DNA of 64,000 bases from Azolla caroliniana (GCA_043228905.1 JBHGNT010000021.1:5394001-5458000), one strand, 5' to 3'. Positions 38,301 to 59,884 are shown, counted from the stretch's first letter. Notes: a model not told the origin generated them from the letters alone. Numbers and translations: made by a program.

Positions 38301-39729
38301 CACAAGAAGCCATGTCACAACATCTGTTCTATGCTATGCACGATGCCATTGTTGAAACCCCTTTCTCCTTACGACTCTGTCCCCATGTCCCCATGAAGTG
38401 TAGTATTGCACTCTATAGATCATACTCTAAAATTTTAATTTTCTTTTCTATTTGAAGATTTTGTGGTTTTGTTTTGCTTTTCTTATTTCTCTTTCCCCTT
38501 AGCTACTCAATAATCTCTCTCTCTCTCTCTCTCCCTTTCTCTCTCAAGACGATATGTTGATTTGGTCCCATAGGTCAAAATTGGCCTTATCATGGAAGAT
38601 AAAATTTCTCCTCTCTCTCTCCTCCCCCCCCTGTAAGACATCTCTAATTTACTGTGAAACACATCCCTTGTTGATTTCTTTTTTTATAACATAGGTGGGT
38701 GTATCAGTTGTCGATCGATTCACATATTACACACTAGCATTTTTCGAGAACCTGGACATTTACAGTAATGCTTCGTTAATAAGGTAGTATCCTTTTCATA
38801 ATGAAAACTTATGCAATATAATTCTGAACTTTTCAGGAACAATAGTTTGAAATGCATAAATAAGGATATGTTATTTATTCTAATCTTGTGATGCTTTTTC
38901 CAGACTCTTTCAGTCATATAATCCTACCTTGCTTATGTCTCATGCTGATTATCGAGATAACCTGTTTGCCCGGTCCTTGCATGAGGTATGTTTGTGAATG
39001 CAAGTCCAGGTTTGAGATAGTTACAGTTAACTGACCCGGTCATGATATGATTACATTTAAGTGATGCTCTTCAATGTAAAGAAGATATAAAGCATATTTA
39101 TGTGTGGTTGCTACTGACATGTGTCGGTACTACAGACTCGTCTGATTTGTTTTAACATTTACAATTTTTTTGTTCATGACCGTACACAATCAATTGAAAA
39201 TTCATAATCATACAATCTATTTTGTACAGGTACCAGTAACCAATTTTTTTGGTTCTGTGATGGAAACTGTCCACACATATTCTGCTTATAATGGCTTTAT
39301 TGGAAGAGACAGTGATCAATCATCAAGTGAGTCTGACAGCTCGAGAATACCAAACGACAATGCTCAGAAGCGATGTGATAAATCATTGTCCCAAGATCAG
39401 GTTTCATACTGGCAGTGTTATCTGTAAACATAAAAAAGAAAACATGAGTAAATGTTCAATAGACTCCTAGAAAACTACTAGATATATTGTCGATATTACC
39501 CCAATTGCGAGGGATTTTATTAATGATATTTTCTCCTTTTTTGTTTTACCATGCACAGGCTTCAGGGATTGTCGAACAACTAAATTTTCTGGATAAATTA
39601 ATCCGACGGGCTGATCATTGGGACAATGACAATGTTGTACATGTTGGATTAGCTACTTTGGCCATCATGGTAGTCCTTTCATCGTGGTTGTATCCCAGCA
39701 AGTCAACTGCTTTTTATGCACAATTGTAA
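35359..39729 (+). CDS. GPI8: GPI-anchor transamidase catalytic subunit GPI8/PIG-K (multi-exon)
   Basis: Signal peptide, then [15 protein letters not shown]|[14 protein letters not shown]|[54 protein letters not shown] (catalytic His), DTCQA (catalytic Cys), [29 protein letters not shown], and a C-terminal TM. GT-AG introns. Confidence 0.96.
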
Positions 39730-41072
39730 TGGTGTTTTGAGTTTTGGCTGCAAATTTCTCACAATCGAAATGTTTAAGAATCATTCACATCTGTTCTCTG
39801 GTTTCCTCTTCACCGTTTCTAAAGTTGTTGGCATGTAGCTGCATTTTCGACATTTCTTGCTTTGGTTTCTCTGTTCTAGTTTTTTCCTACCTTTACGTTG
39901 TAGTTTCAGGGTAACAATGCGTACATATCTAAATGAAAGATAAACAAACAAAATGAGAGCTTGGAGCTAGCAAATAGCAAATTGCAATGCTGTGACATTT
40001 TTATTGATTCTCAGCATATAATATATATTTCTCTTGTTATGACCATTTCAGTTTGTTCCCTATATCATATGCATTAGAAAACACTTCTACATGCATAAAA
40101 TATATGGTATAATGATGTAAAATTGGATGTGTAACCCATAAAATTGTGCATTTAGGACCAAGAAACTACACAAAATTGAAGCCAACCAGGGCCATATAGA
40201 CTCATATTATAGACTCAAACTTAAATATTCAAGAAAAACTCAATTCATATTTTAATAAACATTCTCTAACATGCTCTTTGCAGTGAACTTTTTTGTCAGC
40301 TACCTTACTACTGTTATTCCATATGGGTTATTTTCTTCTCATTTTCTTTCACTTTTTTGATGCCTTTTGTCATCATATTGCTACATGTTTCCCTAATTTA
40401 TAGCTTATTAAGTAAATTTCTCCTCAACTAAGACCTATGAGTCTTTCTATTATTTTAAACTGTATTCTTTTTGTTTTCACATCTTTTTGAGTTGTGGAAA
40501 AAATGTCAATATTAATGTTGTAAAACCATTTTCTAGGAGCATTTTGGATGACCTTGAATGAAAACGATTAGTTTTTATAATCAATGCAACATGAAACCCA
40601 TTGTTCAAGACTTTGAAGTCATGTTGTAAAACTTGAGCCACCTTGACTAGGGTATCATATTTATATTTTAAAATTTAATCCTGTGATCAACACACAAATC
40701 ATAAATGGTGATGTCTAAAATATTTCTGTTAAGATTTGTGAAGATAACACTCTCACATCGTGCTAGATAAATATTCTCTTGTTTCTTCTACTTATTTCTT
40801 TGTCTTTCGATTAACCAAGTGCCACTTTGCAAATAGCACGCCAAACTTGGAGTTTATAGTGTTGACTTTGAGGAAAGGTGTTGGGCTTTTCAACTAGAAA
40901 CCAAACATAGAGTTCTCTCATTAAGGAAAGAGATTACATGATATTCTAGGAGGCATGTTTGGTACATTGGTATGTTGAAATATGGCCTATACATATGGTG
41001 CTTTTCAAATGTGCTAAACACATCATAATATATATATATATATATATGTATATATGTCACACTTTACATTTG

Positions 41073-41239
41073 ATGAGTTTTTTACTTGAAAATTGTTATG
41101 TGTGCATAATGTAGGTGAAGGTAGGTCGCTAACATTTGCAAAACATAAATGACACAAATGAGTTTTTTACTTGAAAATTGTTATGTGTGCATAATGTAGG
41201 TGAAGGTAGGTCGCTAACATTTGCAAAACATAAATGACA
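41073..41239. repeat. ~85-bp exact tandem duplication
   Basis: ATGAGTTTTTTACTTGAAAA...CATAAATGACA occurs twice in tandem. Confidence 0.9.
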
Positions 41240-42528
41240 TGTATGTTTGTTAATGTTAGAAATGGACTAATGTGATTGGATAGAGGGAATGATGGGTACA
41301 TGTACTATCATTACCTTTGAAAACCAATGATGGAGGGTCTTTTAAAAAGGCACAACTATTCAAGGGGCTTGGGAAGATGTATAAATATGAGACCAAGTTC
41401 CCCTAATAGAGACATTCTGTCGGAAGGCTGAGGTTGTGAGACACCATTTGTGGGGGCTAGGATTTTGTCACGATGATCATGTTACCTGGTCAAAGGTATT
41501 AGTCATCTTAATATGCATTGGTATGGGATGTCGGTGGTAGGTTGGCTATGTCTCTCGATTATGGGGGGGGGGGGGGGCTTTCTAACATTAGTGAACAAAC
41601 CCTTTACTTATGCTTTGTAAATATTAGCGACTTACTCTCACCCAATTTATGCCTACATAGCAAAATTCAAGATTTAGTGTGATGATGGATATATGTTTGA
41701 GATTTGAATAATGGGTTTGGCTTTGGTTCATCATGGTTCAAACATGAATCACTCGCTCACACACTCTCTGCCCGAAGACCTACGAGAGACATAAGTAATT
41801 TCATTGCTATAATAAATAATCACTAGTGATATACCTAGTCACAATAAGTTGTACGTCATGAGAATGATTCTTTTCAAACTAGTGGAAGATAAATTACATG
41901 TCAAAACTCATATTTATAAGTCCCTCTCTGCATTGAAAATTCGAATGCATTGCCTACGAATAAATGGATTCATTATGCAAATTTGGCATTGATTAGAAGT
42001 ACGAGAAATGACTGATTATTTGATAACTTCACAGAATTTGGGTAGCCATTCTTGTAGATTGCAGTAATCATAACAACATGTTGATAATTTTCTTACCATT
42101 AGTAACTTACCCCAACTTGTAATGATCATTAAGCTTAATGGGCATTTTTACCACATGCCAAAAACATGATCTATTCCCGCATAATGTTAGGATAGTGGCG
42201 ATTAATTGCTCATGCTTAATGTGTAATTAACTATGTATGGGTGGGTACAAGGGCATCCGAGGAGATAAAGCAAGACCCCAAGGTAAATTTCCATGTATTT
42301 TTCCTCACATTTAGTAGTGCTACACTAGTAAAATGTCCCTATTATTAGTAGCTCTTCATCCATTAAGATTAGGGGGGGAAAAAAACGCTGAAATGCCCCT
42401 AACTTTGAGGGCATTTTTGGGAAATAAGGAGAAACCCAGGGGTATTTCTCTAATATTAACTTTATCACTTCACATCATCCCACCACACCACAGTAGTAGG
42501 AGTAAAAGAGGGAGAACAGAGAGCTCCC

Positions 42529-50551
<8,023 letters not shown>

Positions 50552-52366
50552 AAAACACTGAATGGAGTTTGTTGATTAACTGAAGATGATGATGCATATC
50601 TCAAAAAGAAGGCCGCAAAACGTGAGAGCATAATCGTGTGCGCAACCCTTGCTTCTGTTTGTGTTTGTGAGCATATTATTCCAGGTATCATGTATGGCGT
50701 TTGATGGTGTATTAAAGTTTTAATGCATGATGAGGTGGGGCCGAAATACTTAATCATAAACCACTCTAGTAGAGCTCATTCATTCCCTCAAAGGTTTCCC
50801 GCACAATATTTTTGGCATTTCAGCCTGGGTAAAAATGTTTGTATATACTCTCGTGTCCACAATGCGTCGTGAGATGTGTAACATAAATCACTTGTGGATG
50901 TGTGTCCATTTGTATGGCCTATCCCTTTGATAAAAGAGTGTAATGTATGCTGTTCTTACCCTTTTATGTCTTCGTTGTTAAAGGTTCCCACTAATTAAGA
51001 TGAACATTCTTGCAATCAACATAGCCAGAAATGATTCAAAGATCAAAACCATGAAACTGTTTACCAATATACTTTTTCTATCATATAAAAGAAGTCAATG
51101 AACCTAAAATGCAAAATGACATGGATGTTTTCTTAATTATATCATTAAGTACAACCTTGTACTAAAGGGAGAAACAGTGTAAACACTATAGGGAGAAATA
51201 TTTTAAGAGCAATCTTGTTTAGTGGTGGTGATTATCTAATACCATAACTATGTGCCTTACACTTGTAGCATTAAAATATTGCTGCTAGCATTAGCAAATT
51301 GATTTTTTGATCCCTTTAGTTATTTTAATTTAGAGTCAAAACTTTTGTTCTTTCATCTTCCTTGACTTTCTTTAACAAACTTAACGTCAGGTTTATGAAT
51401 TTGAGGAAGCAATATTGGAACTTTTTTTGAGTGTTTTTACTGAAATTTTGATGGATGAGATCACAAATTGTGAAAAATTAACATGATTTATATAATTCAC
51501 TTTGTCAATGCTGATTGTGCAACAACAAAGAGCTTCTCTCAAGGCTATGGTGTTAAAACTTTTGAAATCAACTGTCTCTACAAAGATTTTTTGAAACTGT
51601 GAGATAGTGAACTTAATATGAAATTTACCGAAGGGAAGCTATTATCTTTAGTTTTCAATTACATACATAAATTTCACAATATCTTGCACTTCTATCAATT
51701 CTAGCGTCATGGTGCAAGGTAAAATAATAGATCTCAAACCATGTTCCAATGAGGGATGCCTACTTGAATGATTTAGTCATTATGTAACTGCAATATTTTC
51801 ATTAGGAATCTTCACACAATGAAACAACATGAAGAAATTATTATGCTACATTGACAATGAGGATGATACTTACATGATACATCCATAGAATGAACTATAC
51901 GTACCATATGTGTATTCGCATTTGCATTTGCATTCGAGAATGATTCAATCAAACTTGTTGTAAATCATCTCAAAGTTGGATTAGATTTATAAGTTGGAAA
52001 AAAAATAAAGATTGGAATTTCAATATGACGATGGCCTATATTATATATTGATTGAATCAAATGTCAACACAATTGAATGTTCAAAACTTAGGAGTTACTT
52101 AACTACTCAACATTAGAAAGCACAAACATAAAAAACAAATAGTTCAAAGGCATAATTGTATTGATGATGAGCTCATCTTGCAATTATCAAGGTTCTCACC
52201 TTGCAACTAGGGAAGGTATCAATTTCTTCACTTTAGAACTTTACAAAAAAATAAGTATGAACTATAGAGATTGAATCAAAATATGTCCTTATAAATCGTA
52301 ATCAAACGTTCAAAAATTAGTAAAACGTATATTCGAGAATATGAAAACAACATGACACTAACATAA

Positions 52367-52387
52367 AATTTTACTATGACATGACAC

Positions 52388-52439
<52 letters not shown>

Positions 52440-52461
52440 AAATTTTACTATGACATGACAC

Positions 52462-52512
<51 letters not shown>
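52367..52512. repeat. Duplicated (GA)n microsatellite block
   Basis: AAATTTTACTATGACATGACACTAAC+(GA)n occurs twice. Confidence 0.9.
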
Positions 52513-52513
<1 letters not shown>

Positions 52514-53399
52514 CGGGTGAGAAAATTGGGGGTCGAACCCAAGACACAAGCAATAGTAGTATAATACCTTATCACTAGAGTGAGCTAATTTCTAATAACA
52601 CAAAAAGAAAAAGAAGAGAAAAAAAGAATACTCATTTTCCCCTTTTCAAATGTGTTCGTTTCCAAACGTTTTTGTCCTTGGACGAACACGTTTATTACGT
52701 TCTATGCTTACATCAATTTATGTCTTTGATACATGAATCATTCTAATGGGAAAGAAGAGAACACATCTCAAGTTGTGAGAGACTAGTATGCCTTGTTCAA
52801 GTAAATTTTTACGTTGTACTTTGGCTCTTGTAATGGGAGGTGTCTTCTTCAAATCACTCTTGAGGGGATTCTTGTAAAGATAGTTTTCTATGTAAGTTTG
52901 ATTCTAAGGATGACTGATGAAGATATTTGGTTAGTGCTAGAAGCCATTGATTGTTGGTTTACATCCCAAAGTGGCAAATTTGCATGTTGAAGCTAGCAAA
53001 CTTGGATTTTTTTCATGGATTGAGAGATGGAAATGGTTAGAATTCCCACTATTACAATAAGTTTTGGCAATTTAAACCAAATTTACATTCAAGGAAGAGT
53101 TTTAGGGGATATCCTTGAGTTTTTAGCATGGCAAGTTTCTTAACATGCAATAGTCATTATCCTTGCATGGGCGCCTAGTTTCGGCAAAGTGTATGTTGAT
53201 TGTTCACATGCATAACGTGATTCCTTGCATCACCTCCGCATTATAGCCCATCATTTTCTTTGATAAACTTTAATAGGTTATCTATGTGCACCTCTTATTA
53301 TTTGAGTTATGCTTTATTGATGAGTTCAAACTTGACTCTTTCACACTTTTCCCCCTATGCAATAAACATGCCACATCACGACAAAATTTGATTGGTTTT

Positions 53400-53760
53400 G
53401 CCTCTGGCATTGAGTATAAACAATTGGTATGTATGAGACTCCATTTTTGTTCCTTGCCTTGCAAAGTTGGAAAGGAACTACTCTTTTTATGTGTACAAAT
53501 CATTTAGCATTTCACCCGAGAGGTTTTGGAACCATATTCCCACTTGATCATCAAGAGTAAGGTCAACAATGGTGACACATGTTACATACATGAGGGGCTA
53601 GTAAGTTAGTATGATTTGTTTGAGATGACTACATGGTCACATGCATCCCCATACTCCATAAATCATCATACCAACTTGCTAATTAGAGCAATCTTAGCAA
53701 TATCATTCTTTGGTCATAGCATAGGTAATATTAGTTGCTTCTCCTTGTCCATTAACAACA
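53400..53760 (-). mobile_element. Degenerate gag of the same Gypsy family as 785-1438
   Basis: The minus strand gives ALISKLV**FMEYGDACDHV and VDLTLDDQVGIWFQNL, versus ASISKLVPRFLGFGDAYDHV and LGLTLNDQAGIWFRTL in the 785-1438 ORF. Confidence 0.7.
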
Positions 53761-55674
53761 CCTAGGGCTTGTATTGATTTTAAAACTATGGAGAGTTTTG
53801 AGTTAGGAATAGTTGCTCTTTAGAAGATGGGATTCAGGCCAACCATTTCATTCTAACTTAGGGTTTATATGTTATTCTTCCCTTGAAGTGTCTCGTCTTC
53901 TAATGGGGTGGAAAGTATGTTACCTCGCCTAATGATGTTTGACTATGAGCCTTCACCAATAAGGGACATGTGGCACCCCTTTATTCTCATTAAATCACAT
54001 TAAATAGAGTCAAGCCTATCTAGGAGTGTCTCATTAGCACGCCGCATGCCCTTGACTCTTTTTCATTGTTTCTTCCGTCACCTTTAATATACAATTGCTT
54101 ACCTCTTACAAAAAGGTCATTGATAACTTCATGCAACAACCTAATCGTCCTTGACAATGGGACCAAATAAATCTGCCGCTTCTAGGTGCATAACACCAAG
54201 TGCGTGTCTTTATCTTGGTCAAAGTTTTATCTCCTTTAGAGTCCATAATGTAGGCTCAAATTAATAAGATGTGTCACTTCTAGGTGCATTGCACCAAGTG
54301 CACATCTTTCTCATGGTCAAATTCTATCTCTTTACAGGGGTCTTATTGTGAGTTCAAATCGTTGCTTTACCCATATGTCAACAAAGCAAACAAGAGTGGT
54401 TGAGCTACTAGTAATTATTCATTATGACTTAAACAAACTCTTCCTCTCATCTCTTAAATACTTACCTCAACAAAGAAATTACTTATTGTCATAAATGTGG
54501 CTTAGTCATTCTACCCAACTGGTTTAATGCATACAAAAGCACACACATAGAGTATAATAGTCTTTTATTACATAGAAACCAAGCCTTGAAGATGAAAAAG
54601 AATACTAAAAACGTGCACATGTGTAAAGGTTTTAGATTCTAGTTTTTCCCCTTGTGTCTTCTTTGGCACATAGATTTTGCATCCTTGGTGTTGTTGGGAA
54701 GTTACTTACTTCTTAAGATTTTGGGCACATAGATTTTGCATCCTTAGTAAATTACAATAGACCTGAATGCTTAAGATGAAATCTTCAACTTTGAGTCTTA
54801 CAAGTAGATTATAACTTAGCAAGAGAGATATTAGGAGAGGCTTAAGTTGGCTTAGTCCTCTAAAATGTGAAAAAGAAGTAAAGATGACTAATAGGATTGT
54901 CTTTGGGACTTCCCATCCTAGGCTCTAAATCTCTCTACATTATCTTATCCTTGCCCTTGTTCTTTTGTCTCTTCCAACAACATTATACTTGGTCCTTCAT
55001 CTTTGCCCAATGCCTTGGTATACAAAATTGGTTAAGAGGTGCCAATGTCGATACCTTGGTGAATTGGGAACCATTAGATGTGAAGCTTACAATAGGTACT
55101 TAATAGTTACCACATGAGGTCAATAATTTTTCCACCTTCGATTATGTAGTGAACTCATTGCAACATAAGGGATTGCCAACTTTGTGTAGGAGTTTTTGAG
55201 GTGGGGTGGGAGTTGGAGGTCTTGCTAACAAGGATAGTCCCTAGGTCCATGTGAACATACCAATCACCACCTTGGGGAACAAGTGGTTCCATGAATGAGT
55301 TGGTTAGCAAATGGAAGTCAACAATAGAGGGGTAAAGGGTACTTGTCTGAGAGATACTATTTTAATACAAGTACACCAAAGACAATAATGTACACTAATA
55401 ATAAGAATATGCAATGAACCAAAAAACATTTCAAGAGGGGAGAAGGTTGCCTCATACAACATTACCTTCTCACTAGATCACAACTACTTTCTCCATGTCA
55501 TCATAGCTTTAGGTAACATATAGAATATCACTTACATTAACTACATGAAAGGGAGTTACATAATTGGGAGTTCTCTAAAGTTATTGGAAGGGAGTGAGCC
55601 AAAATTTTATGACAAATTTGCATAGAACACCCAATGTTTGTCTGTTCACACACACACACACACACACACATTAC

Positions 55675-55830
55675 TTAGTTGAGCATGATATCTCAACACT
55701 CCATTCCCGTTAATACCTTGTTATCCACAAGTTTCAATGTACCGTCAATTGACACACATATACATCTCTATTATATTAAGTTAGAAGTACCATCTAGTTC
55801 TTCAAATCTTTTCATGGTATTAGAGCACGA
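55675..55830. mobile_element. Copia LTR-end and PBS-like remnants
   Basis: TAGTTGAGCATGATATCTCAACA (~55676-55698) nearly matches the LTR terminus at 29925-29947. CA-TGGTATTAGAGC at ~55813-55826 resembles an iMet PBS. Confidence 0.4.
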
Positions 55831-56712
55831 GGGTGTGATCACTGTAAATCATCCACTTCTTGTGTGTTGCGTTTAGTGTTTTTGTTGATCACAGAGGACT
55901 ACCATAGAGAAGCCTACAACTAAAAGGATCGGCATGACGACTTCAAATGAGAAGATCAACATCCTTTTTTGCAATAACCGCTATGAGTTCGAGTCTAAGC
56001 ATGAACCGAATAGACATCCACCACTATCTCGAATGAGAAGATTAACATCATTTTTGTAGTAATCGCCATGAATTTGAGTCTAAGTGTGAGCTAACTAGAC
56101 ATCCACCACACCGCAATGGTTCATCCACTTAGTTCCAACCACACTACACCTTATTCCATGAGCTACGATTATACAACATTGTTCACACATTCACATTCAC
56201 AAGTGGAAGGATTGCACATTCCAATTGTAGAAACTTGATACACCAATATCACATGTTTTAAATAACATACAAAATTTGCAATTTTTTTGAGATTTAGAAA
56301 GTGTCAAAATGATCATTTCTAAAATGGAATAATTTTTCGATAAATGTTTAAATGTTGATGGTCTACGCGTATAAAATGTAGTTAACTTAAAGAAAATCAC
56401 AATGGTTAACTTAGAGCACAAGTTAAGATTAATGGTTTCACCATCTTGAGGAAATGTAGGTCCTTGAAGTGGAAGTGACATCTATTGTTAGTGAAAATGT
56501 TTTACGTATAAGAGGTAATACTATAATCCTTAGTGTCATCAACATCTATAAATTTAATGCTCATCAACATCCATAAATTCACAACTCCAAAAATGTAGAC
56601 AATATTCATAAACAATTTTGATAAACTCACTACTCCAAAAATGTAGGCAATACTCATAAATGGTCAAAATTGTCAAACGTAGACGTGAACATTAATATAT
56701 CATTGGACCATA

Positions 56713-57660
56713 TCATATAGTTATCAGGGTATCCACACTGCTCTCCTCTTCTTCCTTTTGAGAACTCTCCTCCAAATTTTGTGCAATAGTATCTACTCCA
56801 CATACGCTAGCAATGGTAGGGTCCTCTAATAGCTTGTCGTCCAAATCAATAAGCTCCATAGGTTCACCACCTAATGGAGGAATATGTTCATGAGATGCAA
56901 GTTGAAAACGTTAAGATGTTAATGAAACTCATTTGCTCATCATCCTTTTCTAGTGCAACAATATTTCTAAATAACTTCAATGCAAATGCAGATGTAGTAC
57001 CTATTAAAAATTAAAAATGAACATTGTTTTAGCTAAACATAAACTATATTGATTTCTTAAGGCATAGGAAACAAAGTTATAATAATTTACCCGATCCAGA
57101 GAACAAATCTAGTATCCAATCTCCTTCGTTGGAGAACATTTCAAATGATAAATAACAATATTAGCTAGAATGTATTGATGGACAAATCAAAATTCTTCAT
57201 GTACGATGAATATTCTTTACTAAACTTGGTTTTCTATCCCATGGCAATGCGATCTCAAGGCCTGTCCTACAGAGTATCCTTGGTCTATGCTATGGAACAC
57301 AACAATTCTCTATTAGGATGTTGTTGTCAACTGTGCGAAATCTTTCACCATCTTCTCAGGTTGTTTGGTCTAAATGGTTTATCATCATATGTTGATCCAA
57401 CCATATGAAATCCATACGGTATGTCAGCAATCAATAATATGTATTCCTTTGTTGGCAATATGTGTATCATCTCAGCCACATCACCACTATAGACATTATA
57501 GTATAAATCCCAAGTGATATCCTTTTTGTGGCTAAATTTCTTAAAAGTGTCATCATCTTCTACACCATATGCCTTCACTAAATGTCAGTCCTTTTCTTTC
57601 CGAGCTCTTTCAAGATGTGCAAGAAATTATGTAGGAAAATCATGAATATCTTTAACTTCT
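56713..57660 (-). pseudogene. Beta-class DNA N6-adenine/N4-cytosine methyltransferase relic (N6_N4_Mtase-like) with a spliceosomal intron
   Basis: YNVYSGDVAEMIHILPTKEYILLIADIPYG (motif IV DIPY at 57425-57414), then FEMFSNEGDWILDLFSGS/G, intron 57090-57001 (GT...AG), then GTTSAFALKLFRNIVALEKDDEQ. In-frame stops and frameshifts elsewhere; acidic C-terminal tail. Confidence 0.85.
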
Positions 57661-58172
57661 GTTGGTTTAGATTACTATCATTGTCTTGGTATATCATCGT
57701 TCAACAATATTTCTTTGCTCTATGACTATATGTGGCTTCCTCATGTTGAGTAGATTCTAAAGGTGAGCCTTAATATTTGAAACATATTTTCTTGACTGTA
57801 TGATGATCCTGATTTTCGGTTGACCTTGTAGGGGCAATATCGAAAAATACCGAGAAACTCAATTATATGAACCAACAAATAATTTCTAACAACTTATATG
57901 TTTAAAGACAGATTAACTCTAAAAAAGGGCCCTAAATGCCAAAAATTAATGAATTTTTGTTAAATAATATGTGAAAATAATAATAAATAGTGCAGTAAAA
58001 ACATTGAGAGAAAAGGATTTTCTGATGGAAAATCTTAGAAAAAATAGAAATTCATTACAAAAATAGAGATTATTTGTAAAAATATACAATTTATTCAGCA
58101 ACAATTTTGGACAATACTATTATTCTTTATAATGTAAATTACACACATGACAAGAGAGATGTGTTTTACGAA

Positions 58173-59118
58173 AACTCAATACAAAGTATCTTGCTTTCAT
58201 TTAAAATAGTATAAAAAGTTGTTATCCTTGTGCAACTAGATACAAAATATTTAGATTTCACAGTACAACTCGATACAAAGTAGATCGAGTTTATGTTTAA
58301 AGTTGTTTTTTTTACCTTGATACTTTGTATCAAGTTTCAGTCAAAACTATAGGGTTGTCGTCTAACTCAATACATTGTATCGAATTTCAATTTAAAACAA
58401 AGACTTTGCAGTAAAATTTGATACAATGTATTGAGTTGATGTTAAAAACAAAGATTTCAATACAATTCAATACAATGTAATAATTGTTAATCCTAGGGGC
58501 TGGACAACAGCCTAACACAGGGTGTCCAATTAAGACACTTCACCAAAAGGTGTTACGGCAGGATGACTTACGACACAACGTTTAATTAGACCTTAATCGA
58601 TTACTTAGCACACATCATTAACACGCGTAAGATATAACAATGAGTACAGAACGGTAATCAATACTGAAAGATTAAGGCAATAAGTTCTATTAATTATCCG
58701 ATGTCGATTACATTGTAACCGGGCCTTTATATAGGTCTTCGGTGCAAAGTACAAAATGGTGCCAACCGGCACCTTTTCGGGATCGGTCCGGATCCGGATC
58801 GGCATACCGATTTCGGTCGGTTCGTCCACATCTTCTCATATATTAATATATATTAAGACTACTGATTACAACAGTTCCCGAATAAACTATTCCTTTCACA
58901 CTCTGGTTTGGACCTCCTTAAGCCTTCTTGCCAGCCGGGTAACAATAATAATAATAATAATAAATAATAAATAACTTTAAACATGAATTCAATACATTGT
59001 ATCAATTGTGATGAAAACTCCTATTGTTAACATCAATTCAATACAATGTATCGAGTTCATGTTTAAAGTTTTTTTTTCCAAAAAAATAAAATATGAATTT
59101 GATACATTGTATCAAATT
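58173..59118. repeat. Array of about 10 palindromic ~23-bp motifs (consensus AACTCGATACAWTGTATCGAGTT), split by a solo LTR
   Basis: Copies such as AACTCAATACATTGTATCGAATT, AATTTGATACAATGTATTGAGTT and AATTTGATACATTGTATCAAATT recur at roughly 50-bp spacing on both sides of the LTR. Confidence 0.8.
58485..58944 (-). mobile_element. Solo LTR (460 bp)
   Basis: Termini TGTTA...TAACA, TSD ATAAT (58480-58484, 58945-58949), minus-strand CCTATATAAAGG box near 58725-58735. Confidence 0.8.
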
Positions 59119-59149
59119 GTGTTGAAATCTATATTTTTACCAAAAAAGA

Positions 59150-59672
59150 AGAAGCATATAGATAATGCAAAGAAGTATGTTGCACAACAAGATACCTCAT
59201 GGTGGGACATGTTCTTCATTTATCAACAAAAAACCATTAATAATTGTGTTGATGGTGATTTACCTTACAAATGCCATTTACATGGTCTAGACTCTATACA
59301 ATATTCTCGTCAATCACCACTTCAAGCACCTAATGATGAGCTTGATAGTTTGCTCCATCTACAACAGAGAAACATTTATGTGGAACCAAGGATGACAAAA
59401 TGAAAATAACTCATGTGACAAGGAAACTTGCAAGAACTCGAGGTGGGGATATTAATAGCTACACTTGTAGATAGCAATGACCTAGGGCACCAACTCTAGA
59501 TTGGTAAAGTTTTGGACGTGGTGATGCATTAAAGCTTTGTAATACATCTATCCTTAACATTAGTAGGGTGGATGTCATTGTATATAACTTTACATTAACA
59601 AAAGTTGGACGTTTAAGGAAGTCAACAATAGACATAATAAAAGAGAAATTATCAAGTCTAGAAGGTGTATGA
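59150..59672 (+). pseudogene. Decayed ORF, probably the C-terminal part of a transposon-encoded protein
   Basis: One frame continues through transition-type stops (RNIYVEPRMTK*K*LM*QGNLQELEVGILIATLVDSNDLGHQL*IGKVLDV), then VIVYNFTLTKVGRLRKSTIDIIKEKL in another frame. Family not assigned. Confidence 0.4.
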
Positions 59673-59884
59673 GATTGAAGGCGAACAAGATTTAGTGCAC
59701 ATAATTTGGAGACACCATTTGGTTTTAGATGAAGACATGCTTTGATTGGTACATTAGAAAAATGAGGAAGAGTCACAATTATATATTAGCTATAATAGTG
59801 ATTCTCATGAAAGGAGTGATCACAATGATGCAAATAACTCTTGAATGTATATTTTGTGCAACAATATATAACAATTTTAGACAA

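Noticed and set aside
56713-57660. Bacterial contamination as the source of the MTase
   Set aside because: It contains a canonical in-frame GT-AG intron, shows plant-like transition decay, and is embedded among plant TEs.
58173-59118. Palindromes with variable linkers as a CRISPR array
   Set aside because: The repeats are degenerate, and the linkers are related to each other and uneven in length.
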